The notes under the pieces were generated by a model. It had not been told where the DNA came from. It ran no database searches and saw nothing but the letters and a program-made list of their open reading frames with translations. From assembly GCA_965198225.1 (NCBI GenBank), contig CBDAOY010000008.1:64001-128000 (forward strand): a stretch of DNA of 64,000 nucleotides, in the 5' to 3' direction. Positions 52,180 through 61,095 of the stretch are shown here, piece after piece. A program made the position numbers and the translations under genes. Position 1 is the first letter of the stretch. Each line of letters starts with the position of its first letter. Source of the stretch: Terriglobia bacterium. GTDB lineage: Bacteria; Acidobacteriota; Terriglobia; 20CM-2-55-15.

Positions 52180-53109
52180 TCATTCCCCCTCACTCACAAC
52201 CGGCCGCGTCGGCTTCTCATTCACGTGCAACTGGAACACATCCGGCCGCGCATAATGCCCCACCACGTCGAAATCGTATTTCCCCCGCGCAATCTCTCCC
52301 AGATCGATCTCAGCGGTTAGAATCCCGTCCTCGTTGTACAACGGGCCAGCCAGGACTTTCCCGAGCGGGCTGATGATTGCGCTTCCACCACGCATGATGA
52401 CGGTTTCCGGATCGTCACCCTGTATAGCCGGGTAGTCTTCGGGGCAGTCTCCTCGCCTCAGATGCTGGCAGCAGGAAAAGACGTAGCACCGCCCTTCCAG
52501 CGCCACGTGAATCATCGAGGAATGCCAGCTGTCGCGGTCATCGGCGGTTGGCGCGCAGTAGAGTTGAATCCCTTTCCCATACATCGCCGTCCGCATCAGC
52601 GGCATGTAGTTCTCCCAGCAGATGACGGCGCCCAGCTTACCGAGCGGCGTGTCGTAGATCGGTAGCGTTGAACCGTCGCCGAAACCCCAGATGATACGTT
52701 CCATGCCGGTCGGCATGAGCTTGCGGTGTTTGCCCAGGTAGTTGCCGCTGTCGTCGAAAAAGACCGCGGTGCAGTAGAGTGTCCCGTTGTCCCGCTCGAT
52801 GACGCCGACGACCAGGTAGACTCCGGCTTCGCCCGCGATCGTCGCCAGCCGGTCGATCCCCGCCCCCGGAATGTCGACGGCACTCTCCCAATACCGCTTG
52901 AAGTACTCCCGTCCCTCGGGAGACCGGCCTCCGACGCGCGCGCCAAAGTCGAGTCCCTTGGGGTAGGACGAGACGAACGCTTCAGGAAAGACGACCAACT
53001 TCGCTCCCTGGCGTGCGGCATCGGCCGTCAGGTCCCCGATCTTGTCGAGCGTGCGCTCGCAGTCGAAAACGACCGGTGAGGCCTGAACGACGGCGGCAGT
53101 GAAAGACAT
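52180..53109 (-). CDS. Nitrilase (carbon-nitrogen hydrolase family)
   Basis: VFPEAF, KHRKLMPT, ICWENYMPL catalytic E-K-C triad, FDVVGHYARPDVF; ATG 53109 follows GAAGGAG. Confidence 0.95.
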   Translation of the reverse strand: MSFTAAVVQASPVVFDCERTLDKIGDLTADAARQGAKLVVFPEAFVSSYPKGLDFGARVGGRSPEGREYFKRYWESAVDIPGAGIDRLATIAGEAGVYLVVGVIERDNGTLYCTAVFFDDSGNYLGKHRKLMPTGMERIIWGFGDGSTLPIYDTPLGKLGAVICWENYMPLMRTAMYGKGIQLYCAPTADDRDSWHSSMIHVALEGRCYVFSCCQHLRRGDCPEDYPAIQGDDPETVIMRGGSAIISPLGKVLAGPLYNEDGILTAEIDLGEIARGKYDFDVVGHYARPDVFQLHVNEKPTRPVVSEGE

Positions 53110-53161
53110 CGTGGGTTCTCCTTCGTGGTAGCTGACGTTCAGCGCGCCATTGTACATCTCC

Positions 53162-53317
53162 AAGCGCCTTTCGCTGGAAGCTGACGCCCGTGGGAACCTG
53201 GTGCCGGACGCGTGGTTCGCAGCTCTGGCTGTCGAGTCCGGCTGCGAACGGATCACCCTGGATCGTGATTACGCCAGGTTCGAGGGACTGAAATGGAGCC
53301 TTCCACGACTCGCCTGA
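53162..53317 (+). pseudogene. VapC/PIN-domain toxin C-terminal fragment
   Basis: Manual translation KRLSLEADARGNLVPDAWFAALAVESGCERITLDRDYARFEGLKW...stop; N-terminal half and antitoxin absent. Confidence 0.75.
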
Positions 53318-53360
53318 CTCGTTGCGTCCGCACCCACGGAGCTAACATCCGGAACTAAGG

Positions 53361-54182
53361 TCAAGAATTTGCAGCCTTGTAGCGGCCGTGTTGAGGACCA
53401 AAATACTCGCCGAGATCGGTACCCATATGCGACGCGTCGGAGAACATCCACGCATTAACGTCTGCACCAACCCGCATCGCCGCGTGCTCCCGAACCGCGT
53501 GCGTCTTCGTCCAGTCCCGATGGAGCGTTGCGCGCTTCCACTCGGCACGCGACTCCGAGGCGTGCCACATCATCGAGTTGTACAGCAGGCAATCTCCCGG
53601 TTCGAGAACGACGTTCATCGCACCAGGCATCCCCGCGCACATGTTTGGGTCGACAGCAGCGTAGACATCGAAGGGCGCTACCAACCCCTCCACACCGAGC
53701 GCCTCGAACTTGGCAGCGTGAGCGGCCTCGTCTGCGCGGTTGACCCGGATATGACTGCCGGGCACGATCCAGAGGCTGCGATCCGGATACAGCGCGCAGT
53801 TGCTGAAGGCGAACATCTGCGGATCCTGGATCATATCCGCCATGACGAAATAGGGTTCCTCGAAGTCACGATGCCAGCGGCATGCTGTATGGCCATCCGA
53901 ACCCAGGAAGGCAGACATCCCGCCGCAGGCAAGATCGCTGGTCCCCAGTACCTCCGCTGCCGCGTCGTTCAGCTTGGCCACGTTGAGGTAGTCGATCAGG
54001 CAGCGGTGGAAAGTCTTTGGACTCAAAAGCGCCTGTTGGCGTGTGTAGTGGTCTGTCTCGCCCCGGTCCCGCAGCGTGTAGAGATATTCAAAGTGCTCGC
54101 GAAGGCGCCGAATCAAATCGGCGTCGATCGCGTCGCGCACGATGACCCATCCATCCCTCACGAACTGGTCACGACTATGCAT
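53361..54182 (-). CDS. PhyH-family 2OG-Fe(II) dioxygenase
   Basis: F.RDGWVIVRDAI, WHRD, LWIVPGSH, LEPGDCLLYN..WH, R.TLH. Confidence 0.85.
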   Translation of the reverse strand: MHSRDQFVRDGWVIVRDAIDADLIRRLREHFEYLYTLRDRGETDHYTRQQALLSPKTFHRCLIDYLNVAKLNDAAAEVLGTSDLACGGMSAFLGSDGHTACRWHRDFEEPYFVMADMIQDPQMFAFSNCALYPDRSLWIVPGSHIRVNRADEAAHAAKFEALGVEGLVAPFDVYAAVDPNMCAGMPGAMNVVLEPGDCLLYNSMMWHASESRAEWKRATLHRDWTKTHAVREHAAMRVGADVNAWMFSDASHMGTDLGEYFGPQHGRYKAANS

Positions 54183-54210
54183 CCGTGCAACACTACAGTA
54201 CCCTCAGCGC

Positions 54211-54867
54211 ATGTCGCAACAGCCTGAAATCGACCGTTCGGTTGAGCCCACACTGATCGAATTCGGGGCCCAAGGTGGTGTCGTGGTGTTCGACGGGTTC
54301 TTTGCCAACCCCCACGAATTACGCGCCCTTGCGCTCGAGCAGCGATTCGAGCCGGTCGCTGAAACGCTGTTCCCCGGGGAGCGCGTCGAGGTGCCCTTCG
54401 ACCATCGTCATATCATCGAGCATCTCAGCGCGTTCGTGGATTGGGACATTTCCACATTTACTTCCGAATGTCATTTCAACATCTTCACGCTCAAGGACGC
54501 GGACCGGTCGCCTTCTCAACGTGTGCCGCACGTCGACACGATCAAACGGCGGGTTCTCGTGGCGCTGACCTACCTCAACCTGCCCGATCAGTGCCGGGGA
54601 GGCACAAGCTTTTTCAGACATCTTCCCACCGGCCTGGAACGCGTCGCGCCAACCTGCCCCGAGACACTGATCGCCGACCTATACCATCCGCCTGAACCGG
54701 CGGAGTGGGAGCGCGTCTGCACCATCGAAATGCGTTTCAATCGCGTCGTGGTTTACCGCGGCAATCTCTTTCATTCCGCGACGGTCTCAGACGAGGATTT
54801 CGGAGCTGCACCTGAGGCACGCAGGCTAACCATGAACCTGGTTATGGAGTCTGAAATAACCCTGTGA
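54211..54867 (+). CDS. 2OG-Fe(II) oxygenase (DUF6445-like)
   Basis: VFDGFFANP, PHVD, LTYLN, GGTSFFRH, FNRVVVYRGNLFHS, RLTMN. Confidence 0.82.
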   Translation: MSQQPEIDRSVEPTLIEFGAQGGVVVFDGFFANPHELRALALEQRFEPVAETLFPGERVEVPFDHRHIIEHLSAFVDWDISTFTSECHFNIFTLKDADRSPSQRVPHVDTIKRRVLVALTYLNLPDQCRGGTSFFRHLPTGLERVAPTCPETLIADLYHPPEPAEWERVCTIEMRFNRVVVYRGNLFHSATVSDEDFGAAPEARRLTMNLVMESEITL

Positions 54868-54980
54868 TCCGAACCATGTTGTCGACCGGAGGCCAGAGTT
54901 GACGGTGCCGTGTCATCTGTGTGATAACTGAGCCCGTCAGAATTTCCGCAGCCTATCAGTTCACAATCGGGGAGAGAATC

Positions 54981-55316
54981 ATGTCAGAAAAAGCGCTTGG
55001 CGAGTTCATCAATAAGATCAACGGTTCGGCGGATCTCTCGAAGCAGGTTGAAGGTCTCATCTCCGGCCAGCGCGATTGGGCCGGATTTATAGCCCTCGGC
55101 AGGGACAATGGCTTTGAGTTCACCCATGACGAGCTACAGGCCAACCTGGACGCGATCCGTAGCTTGGGCGGCGGGGCAGATGGTGAGCTGAGCCAGGCAG
55201 ACCTCGAAATGGCTGCTGGTGGCGCGGGGATAAGCGGGCCCGGAAAGATCTCGGGTATCGGTGGTGTTGACATCCCGACGACCGAATCCGCGATAAAGTG
55301 GGCGCGCTGCTGGTAA
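54981..55316 (+). CDS. Nif11-like leader RiPP precursor peptide (111 aa; predicted 30 aa core)
   Basis: MSEKALGEFINKI...L...FIALGRDNGFEFTHDEL Nif11 leader; ELSQADLEMAAGG double-glycine motif; GGGGAG RBS. Confidence 0.9.
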   Translation: MSEKALGEFINKINGSADLSKQVEGLISGQRDWAGFIALGRDNGFEFTHDELQANLDAIRSLGGGADGELSQADLEMAAGGAGISGPGKISGIGGVDIPTTESAIKWARCW

Positions 55317-55335
55317 CGCGCGCCGCGCGTCACAC

Positions 55336-56919
55336 GTGAAGATTCTGCTCGTCTACCCCCCGATGCTCAATGTGCACGGGGCGATAGCGCCACCTCTCGG
55401 TATCCTCAACATTGCCGCGGTTCTCGAGAAGAACGGTTACACCGTCCAGGTCGCGGATTTCGTTTTCGAGCTGGCGAACGGCACGACTGAGGCGGGGCCC
55501 AACGTCTACGACGACGTTGCCCGAAGGATCATCGCCTTTGAAGCCGATGTCATTGGCTTCTCGACTCTCTGTGCCTCCTACCCGGGCGCCATCCAGCTTT
55601 CAGACCGTGTGAAGGCGGCCCGACCGAACACCAAGATAGTGTTCGGCGGCATGAACGCTGCGTTTGTCGCCGTAGAGACCCTCGAAGCGTTCGAATCTAT
55701 CGACGTGGTGTGCCGCGGCGAGGGTGAACTCGCCTTTCTGGACATTGTGCAGGCTCTCGAAGGCGACAAGCCGATCTCCCGGGTGCCGGGAATCGCATAC
55801 CGCGACGGATCTCGCGTGGAGGTCACCCCCGACCGGCCGCAGATCCGCAATCTCGACGATCTCCCACTGCCCGCGTATCATCTTGCGCCTTCGTTCGCGG
55901 ACTACGCAGAGTGCAATGTGGGTTTCGGACGCACCGAGGCCCTGGTCGAAGCTGGGCGAGGTTGTTCGTTCAATTGCATGTTCTGCTCGATCTGCGGTTT
56001 CTACGAGGAAAAGGCCCGCCACTACTCTCCCGAGCGCGTCGTCGAGGAAATCGAACTGGTGACCGGCCTCGGCGCGGACTCGATCTACTTTACCTACGAT
56101 ATCCTCACCGAAGACGCGCCCTATGTTCGCCGAATCTGCGAGCTGCTGAAGGAACGCGATATACGCGTGCCGTGGGTGTCGCGGTCACGTCTCGATCTCG
56201 TCGACTATGATCTCATCGACACGATGGTGGAGGCCGGTTGCCGTGAGATGTTCTTTGGCATGGAGTCCGGATCTAAGAAGATCCTCGCCTCATTGCACGG
56301 CAAGAACATCGGGGAAGAGCACAAGATCGACTATGCACGCGAAAACGGCGTGCAGGTTTCGCTCAGTTTCACCATCGGCTATCTCCAGGAGAACCAGGAC
56401 GAAGTCAACGCAACTTTGATGTGCTGCGTCGAATACGCGGCGCGTGGTGTGTTCTGCACGCCCCTGCTTATCTCCGTTCTGCCGGGCACCAAGCTGTATC
56501 ACGCCTATAAGGACCGCCTGGTACAGACGATCACGCCCAAGTTCTCATTCGGCATCGAGTACGATGACGGCCGCAAGTTGGCGAGCGACCAAGCCATGAT
56601 TGCCCGCTACCCACACATATTTTCGTCCTTCTACAATATCCAGCCGAGCCACCTTGACCTGACTCTGCTCGGCCACATCAACTACTACGGGGGCGACGTG
56701 ATGCTGCGTCACAACGCGTTGATGAGAGACATCGTGGCAAAGACCGGGCGGACACCCTACGAGCTCTTTGGTGACTTCTTTCGGTGGGCGGAGCATCAGG
56801 GCATGGCATTGGATCGTCTACAGTTCACGCCGTTACGAGTCGCCGACACCTTCGTTCAGTTCGCAGATCAGGGCGCCGTCGACAACCTTGAAGGCGTAAG
56901 CAGCAGGAGAGCACCGTGA
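55336..56919 (+). CDS. Cobalamin-dependent (class B) radical SAM enzyme
   Basis: N-terminal B12-binding domain (KILLVYPP, PPLGIL.IAA, IVFGG, GEGE), GRGCSFNCMFC, FGMESGS, LPGTKLY. Confidence 0.92.
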   Translation: MKILLVYPPMLNVHGAIAPPLGILNIAAVLEKNGYTVQVADFVFELANGTTEAGPNVYDDVARRIIAFEADVIGFSTLCASYPGAIQLSDRVKAARPNTKIVFGGMNAAFVAVETLEAFESIDVVCRGEGELAFLDIVQALEGDKPISRVPGIAYRDGSRVEVTPDRPQIRNLDDLPLPAYHLAPSFADYAECNVGFGRTEALVEAGRGCSFNCMFCSICGFYEEKARHYSPERVVEEIELVTGLGADSIYFTYDILTEDAPYVRRICELLKERDIRVPWVSRSRLDLVDYDLIDTMVEAGCREMFFGMESGSKKILASLHGKNIGEEHKIDYARENGVQVSLSFTIGYLQENQDEVNATLMCCVEYAARGVFCTPLLISVLPGTKLYHAYKDRLVQTITPKFSFGIEYDDGRKLASDQAMIARYPHIFSSFYNIQPSHLDLTLLGHINYYGGDVMLRHNALMRDIVAKTGRTPYELFGDFFRWAEHQGMALDRLQFTPLRVADTFVQFADQGAVDNLEGVSSRRAP

Positions 56920-58313
56920 CTGAGTTGACTAAGTATTTCAAGGGCAAGAATATGCGGCGCATCGAGAGAATCGTGGAGCATCGCTTCGACGATGCGACCG
57001 TATTGCTCAATCCTTACAACCTGGAGACGATCGAAGTGCCCGAGGAGGCGGTTGCGACCCTCAACTCGCTTGCCGCCGCCCGGACCGAGGAAGAGTTTCG
57101 AGCAGCCAACAATGGAAATGCAGTGGACGAAGAACTGTTCCAGAAGGGCTTCATTGTTCCTGATTCCTATGAGGAACGGGCGATTACCAAGGCTATGGGC
57201 GACGCTCTCGCTCGGCCCACAGAAGTATCGACTTTGTTTGTAGTGCCCACAATGGGCTGCAATCTGAACTGCAGCTATTGCTTCGTCTACCAGAACGGGC
57301 GCGATTTCGAAAAACAAACCCTGGCCTGGCCCGTCTATGAGCGCGGCGTCGAAGCGTATCTTCGCTCCTTCGACAAGACCCAACCCGGCCTCAACAAGAT
57401 CGTCTTCTACGGCGGCGAGCCCCTGATGCGCCCGGCCTTCGTGAAGGACGTCATTGAAGACATCCAGGGCAAGATCGAGGAGGGACGGTTCGGCAAGCGC
57501 GATGTGATTTTTGGCATGACGACGAACGGCACCCAGATCAACGACGAAGTCGCCACGTGGATGGCTGAGAACCAGGTGCACACTTTCGTGTCACTCGACG
57601 GTGACTTCACCGCCAACAGCCGCCGGTTGACCCTCGCCAACGCCAGCGCCAGTTTCGACGCCGCCGTCAACGGCATCAGACTTCTGGAAGCACACGGATT
57701 GAATCCGAGCATCTCCGTGGTCATCGGCAAACACAACATCGACCGCTTCGAAAGCGGCCTCGATTGGCTCGCCGACAATTTCAGAACGCGGACGATCAGC
57801 ATTTGCTTCGTCAACAACAAGCCCGACGGCTCGGAGCGCGACGAGGGCCTACCGCTCGATGCGAGTCAAATTGAAGCGATCTACCGTACCGCCTATGCGA
57901 AAGGGTTCGCCGAGAAGAGCGTGGAATCCTACAGGCAGACCATCGAGCATCGGAGCTTGTCCGCGCCACATTGCGGCGCCGTCGGCGGACACATGATTTT
58001 GCGACCGGACGGCAAGACCTCGCTCTGCCCTTTGCTGATCGACGGGGACGAAACCGCCGTCGAGGTCGAAGAAGAGACGATCGTATCCGAACAGGCGATC
58101 TGGCTGGAGTGGACCCAGCGCCGCCCGCTTAACCCCAGGATGAAGAAGTGCAACGAGAGTTGCGAATACCTGACGGTTTGCACGGGCGGATGTTCCTACG
58201 AGTCACCCGCACGCTACGGGAGCATCTGGGAGGTCAACCCAGAGGAATGTGACAAGCAGCAGGGCGCGATCAACGTCGCCCTCGAACACATCGTCGTCGA
58301 CCGACGGACCTAG
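56916..58313 (+). CDS. Radical SAM/SPASM peptide maturase
   Basis: ~90 aa RRE-like N-terminus, CNLNCSYC, FYGGEPL, TTNGT, VSLDG, SPASM cysteines CGA...CP...CNESCEYLTVCTGGC...C; GTGA overlap. Confidence 0.9.
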   Translation: MTELTKYFKGKNMRRIERIVEHRFDDATVLLNPYNLETIEVPEEAVATLNSLAAARTEEEFRAANNGNAVDEELFQKGFIVPDSYEERAITKAMGDALARPTEVSTLFVVPTMGCNLNCSYCFVYQNGRDFEKQTLAWPVYERGVEAYLRSFDKTQPGLNKIVFYGGEPLMRPAFVKDVIEDIQGKIEEGRFGKRDVIFGMTTNGTQINDEVATWMAENQVHTFVSLDGDFTANSRRLTLANASASFDAAVNGIRLLEAHGLNPSISVVIGKHNIDRFESGLDWLADNFRTRTISICFVNNKPDGSERDEGLPLDASQIEAIYRTAYAKGFAEKSVESYRQTIEHRSLSAPHCGAVGGHMILRPDGKTSLCPLLIDGDETAVEVEEETIVSEQAIWLEWTQRRPLNPRMKKCNESCEYLTVCTGGCSYESPARYGSIWEVNPEECDKQQGAINVALEHIVVDRRT

Positions 58314-58351
58314 CAGCCACGGGCTGCTAAACGCTGAAACCGACCCGTTCG

Positions 58352-60250
58352 ATGAGCCAACCCACATTGCAGCTGGTGTCGATGCCGTGGGCCTCTCCGG
58401 CTTCGTCTTCCATCCAGATCGGGTGTCTCAAGGCTTACGCGGACCAGGTGTTCGCCGGCCGGTTGGATATTACCGCTCACTCCGGATTCTTCAGCATCCT
58501 CGATGTGCTCTTTGAATCCCCGTTTGAAGGCTATGACGCGCTTTCGGGATACCAGGAATATCCCTACTTTCTGCTCTATGCTCGACGCTACCTGGACGCC
58601 GAAGTCGACATTGACGATCTCATCGACCGGCTCAACACGTCTCAACACACGTCCGGGGTCCTCACACCGGAGCTACTGGACCGCCTCGAAACGGCGACGA
58701 TTGCTGATCTCGACTCTTCGATCGTACCGCGTCTCACCGGTCGCGATGTCATTGGTTTCACCCTGAACTTTTTCCAGGTATACGCGTCGCTCTTTGCAGC
58801 CCGACATCTGCAGGACGTGTGCGGCGCAGATGGGCCGCTCTTTCTTCTCGGTGGTTCGAGCGTGAACTTCCCGGAAGTCGCTCAAGTGGTCCGGCGCACC
58901 GGCATCCCCGGCCTCGGCGTCATTGGAGAGGGCGAGAGAAAGCTCGAGTTGATTGTCGGTTCATGGCTGGAGGACTCCGCTACCGTCCAGATTGCCAGCG
59001 ACATTCCCGGTGTCTACGAGCTCGGCGACAAAGCGGCAGGCCTGTTCGAGCGCAACGTCGCCAACTACAAGACGCAGTTCGCAGCGATGGACGAATTACC
59101 GATCCCTGATTTCGACGAATACTTCGATCGGGTACGGAAAGCCTGTTCTGCGGAAGTGGTCGAGAAGACCATCGCTTTTCCAATGGAAGGTAGCCGGGGT
59201 TGCTTTGCACATTGCGACTTCTGTGGTGACAATGTCATCTGGAACGGCTTCCGCAGTCGAGCGTCGAAGCGCGTCTTTGAACAGGCGATGACGCTCACCG
59301 AACGGTACGGTCACCATTCTTCACATTTCGTCGACAACGTTTGCGACAGCTGGGCCGAGTCATTTGCCGACGACTTGATTCGACGTGGTCAGACCCATGC
59401 GACACGCATGGAGATGCGCGTTCATCATCCGGAACGATTCTGGACCAAGCTGGCCCTCGCCGGTGTCTGGGCCGTACAAACAGGCATCGAAGCGCTATCC
59501 GAGCCGCTCCTCCAGGGTATGAACAAGGGGACGACGGTGATGCAGAACTTGATGGCTCACAAGTACCTGTGCGAACTGGGCGTGCAATCGCGCGCGAACC
59601 TGATCATCAATCACCCCAAATCGACACTCGCAGACATCGACGAAACGCGGCGTGTCATCGAACACATCCGGCACATGGGGCGCCTTCGCCTTTCCGACTT
59701 CTCGTTGACCATCGGAAGCCCACTCTACGATGCGCTGAAGCCGGAGGAGCGCCGCAACCTGAAGCAATGGACGTGGGCCACTCTCCCCGAGCACCTCGCA
59801 CCCCACTTTGTGTCTCTTTACGTTCGAATGCCAGACGGCCATGAGCTCGATCCGGAGGTCCGCCGCGGCTGGTATGGATTCGGTCAATGGTATGAAGATC
59901 TGGTTGCGACCTCCGATGTAGATCCCTTCGAGCTCTCCGCGACGCAGATCACGAATACGGCGACGCACATCCGGGGATCGAATATCGACCAGCGAATCGA
60001 AGGGAACGAGCACCACGTCTACGCCCTGGCACACCGGCCACGCACAGTCGAGGCCCTTGCCGCCAAGGCGTGTCTGCCGCCGGGCGGTGTCGCAGTGATC
60101 GTTGCTCAGTTCGTCACCGATCGACTGATGATCCGGGTCGGTGACGAGTACTTGTCTCTGGCATTGCGGCCTCGCTCGGAACTGGTCGCTCGCTATGAGG
60201 GGAAGCAGGCACAGCCGGCGACAGGATCGGTTTCGCGAGTTCTTTCGTGA
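58352..60250 (+). CDS. RiPP-maturation B12 radical SAM C-methyltransferase-like protein (TIGR03975-like)
   Basis: LVSMPWA...SIQIGCLKA start, GEGE, PDFDEYF, SRGCFAHCDFC, VDN, Q.GIEALS..L..M.KG.T..QN, C-terminal winged-helix-like region ending YLSLAL. Confidence 0.85.
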   Translation: MSQPTLQLVSMPWASPASSSIQIGCLKAYADQVFAGRLDITAHSGFFSILDVLFESPFEGYDALSGYQEYPYFLLYARRYLDAEVDIDDLIDRLNTSQHTSGVLTPELLDRLETATIADLDSSIVPRLTGRDVIGFTLNFFQVYASLFAARHLQDVCGADGPLFLLGGSSVNFPEVAQVVRRTGIPGLGVIGEGERKLELIVGSWLEDSATVQIASDIPGVYELGDKAAGLFERNVANYKTQFAAMDELPIPDFDEYFDRVRKACSAEVVEKTIAFPMEGSRGCFAHCDFCGDNVIWNGFRSRASKRVFEQAMTLTERYGHHSSHFVDNVCDSWAESFADDLIRRGQTHATRMEMRVHHPERFWTKLALAGVWAVQTGIEALSEPLLQGMNKGTTVMQNLMAHKYLCELGVQSRANLIINHPKSTLADIDETRRVIEHIRHMGRLRLSDFSLTIGSPLYDALKPEERRNLKQWTWATLPEHLAPHFVSLYVRMPDGHELDPEVRRGWYGFGQWYEDLVATSDVDPFELSATQITNTATHIRGSNIDQRIEGNEHHVYALAHRPRTVEALAAKACLPPGGVAVIVAQFVTDRLMIRVGDEYLSLALRPRSELVARYEGKQAQPATGSVSRVLS

Positions 60251-61095
60251 CGGTGGGGATCGTTCGCCGGAAGCTGCCGGTCATCCTCAATAAGCACCCG
60301 CTCGCCTTCGTCGACGTGAACGACGTCCGGAAGCACTTCGTTTACAGTCTTGAAGTCAATGCGGTCGATCACTGCAACTTGCGTTGCAGACAGTGCACTC
60401 ACATGTCACCGGCTTACCGGGAGGCGTTTCGCACCCCCGAGGAACTGTACCGTGTCCTGAGTCGGACGGCCGAAGCCGTGTACGCCAACACGCTCTCGGT
60501 TCTGGGTGGAGAACCGCTGCTGCACCCCAACCTGACGGAAGTACTCGACGCGTGCCGCGCGTCGGGGATCAGCCGCCACATTTACGTAACGACCAACGGC
60601 GTCCTGGCCAGGGAGCAGCCGAAATCGTTGTGGAAGCACATGGACTTTGTGGTCATCAGCGTCCATGGCGGCGGTCTGTCGCTAAAAGAGGCGCAAGGGC
60701 TCGCGGATGAATTATCCCCTTACGTGATCGCACGCGTCGTCAAAGACGCGTTTCGGCAGATTTTTCTGCCGCACGCGTTAAGCGACAACGACACGGACTA
60801 CGTGTGGCGCACATGCGCGCAGGCCCATGAAATGCGCTGCCACTTTGTCCACGCCGGCAAGTACTACCGGTGCCCGCCACAACGCTTTATTCACGAACGA
60901 TTGGCAGATGCGACCGGAGTGGAGATCCAGGATGATGGTCTCGACCTGTCAGGTCCGAACCTCTTTGACCGCCTCACCCGATACCTCCAGCGCACCGACG
61001 CTCTTGAAGCGTGTCGCTACTGCCTGGGCAGCAGCGGCGGGCGTATCCTTCGGCACGACACGAGAAAAGGCCAGCCGTGGAGGCTGTTCGAGTGA
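60247..61095 (+). CDS. Small radical SAM protein with C-terminal Cys cluster
   Basis: HCNLRCRQCTH.SP, LGGEPLLHP, TTNG, C......C.....GKYYRCP...ACRYC; GTGA overlap. Confidence 0.85.
   Translation: MTVGIVRRKLPVILNKHPLAFVDVNDVRKHFVYSLEVNAVDHCNLRCRQCTHMSPAYREAFRTPEELYRVLSRTAEAVYANTLSVLGGEPLLHPNLTEVLDACRASGISRHIYVTTNGVLAREQPKSLWKHMDFVVISVHGGGLSLKEAQGLADELSPYVIARVVKDAFRQIFLPHALSDNDTDYVWRTCAQAHEMRCHFVHAGKYYRCPPQRFIHERLADATGVEIQDDGLDLSGPNLFDRLTRYLQRTDALEACRYCLGSSGGRILRHDTRKGQPWRLFE

Noticed and set aside
54899-54929. TTGACG-N18-GATAAC promoter upstream of the precursor
   Set aside because: The -10 match is weak; plausible but not supportable without TSS data
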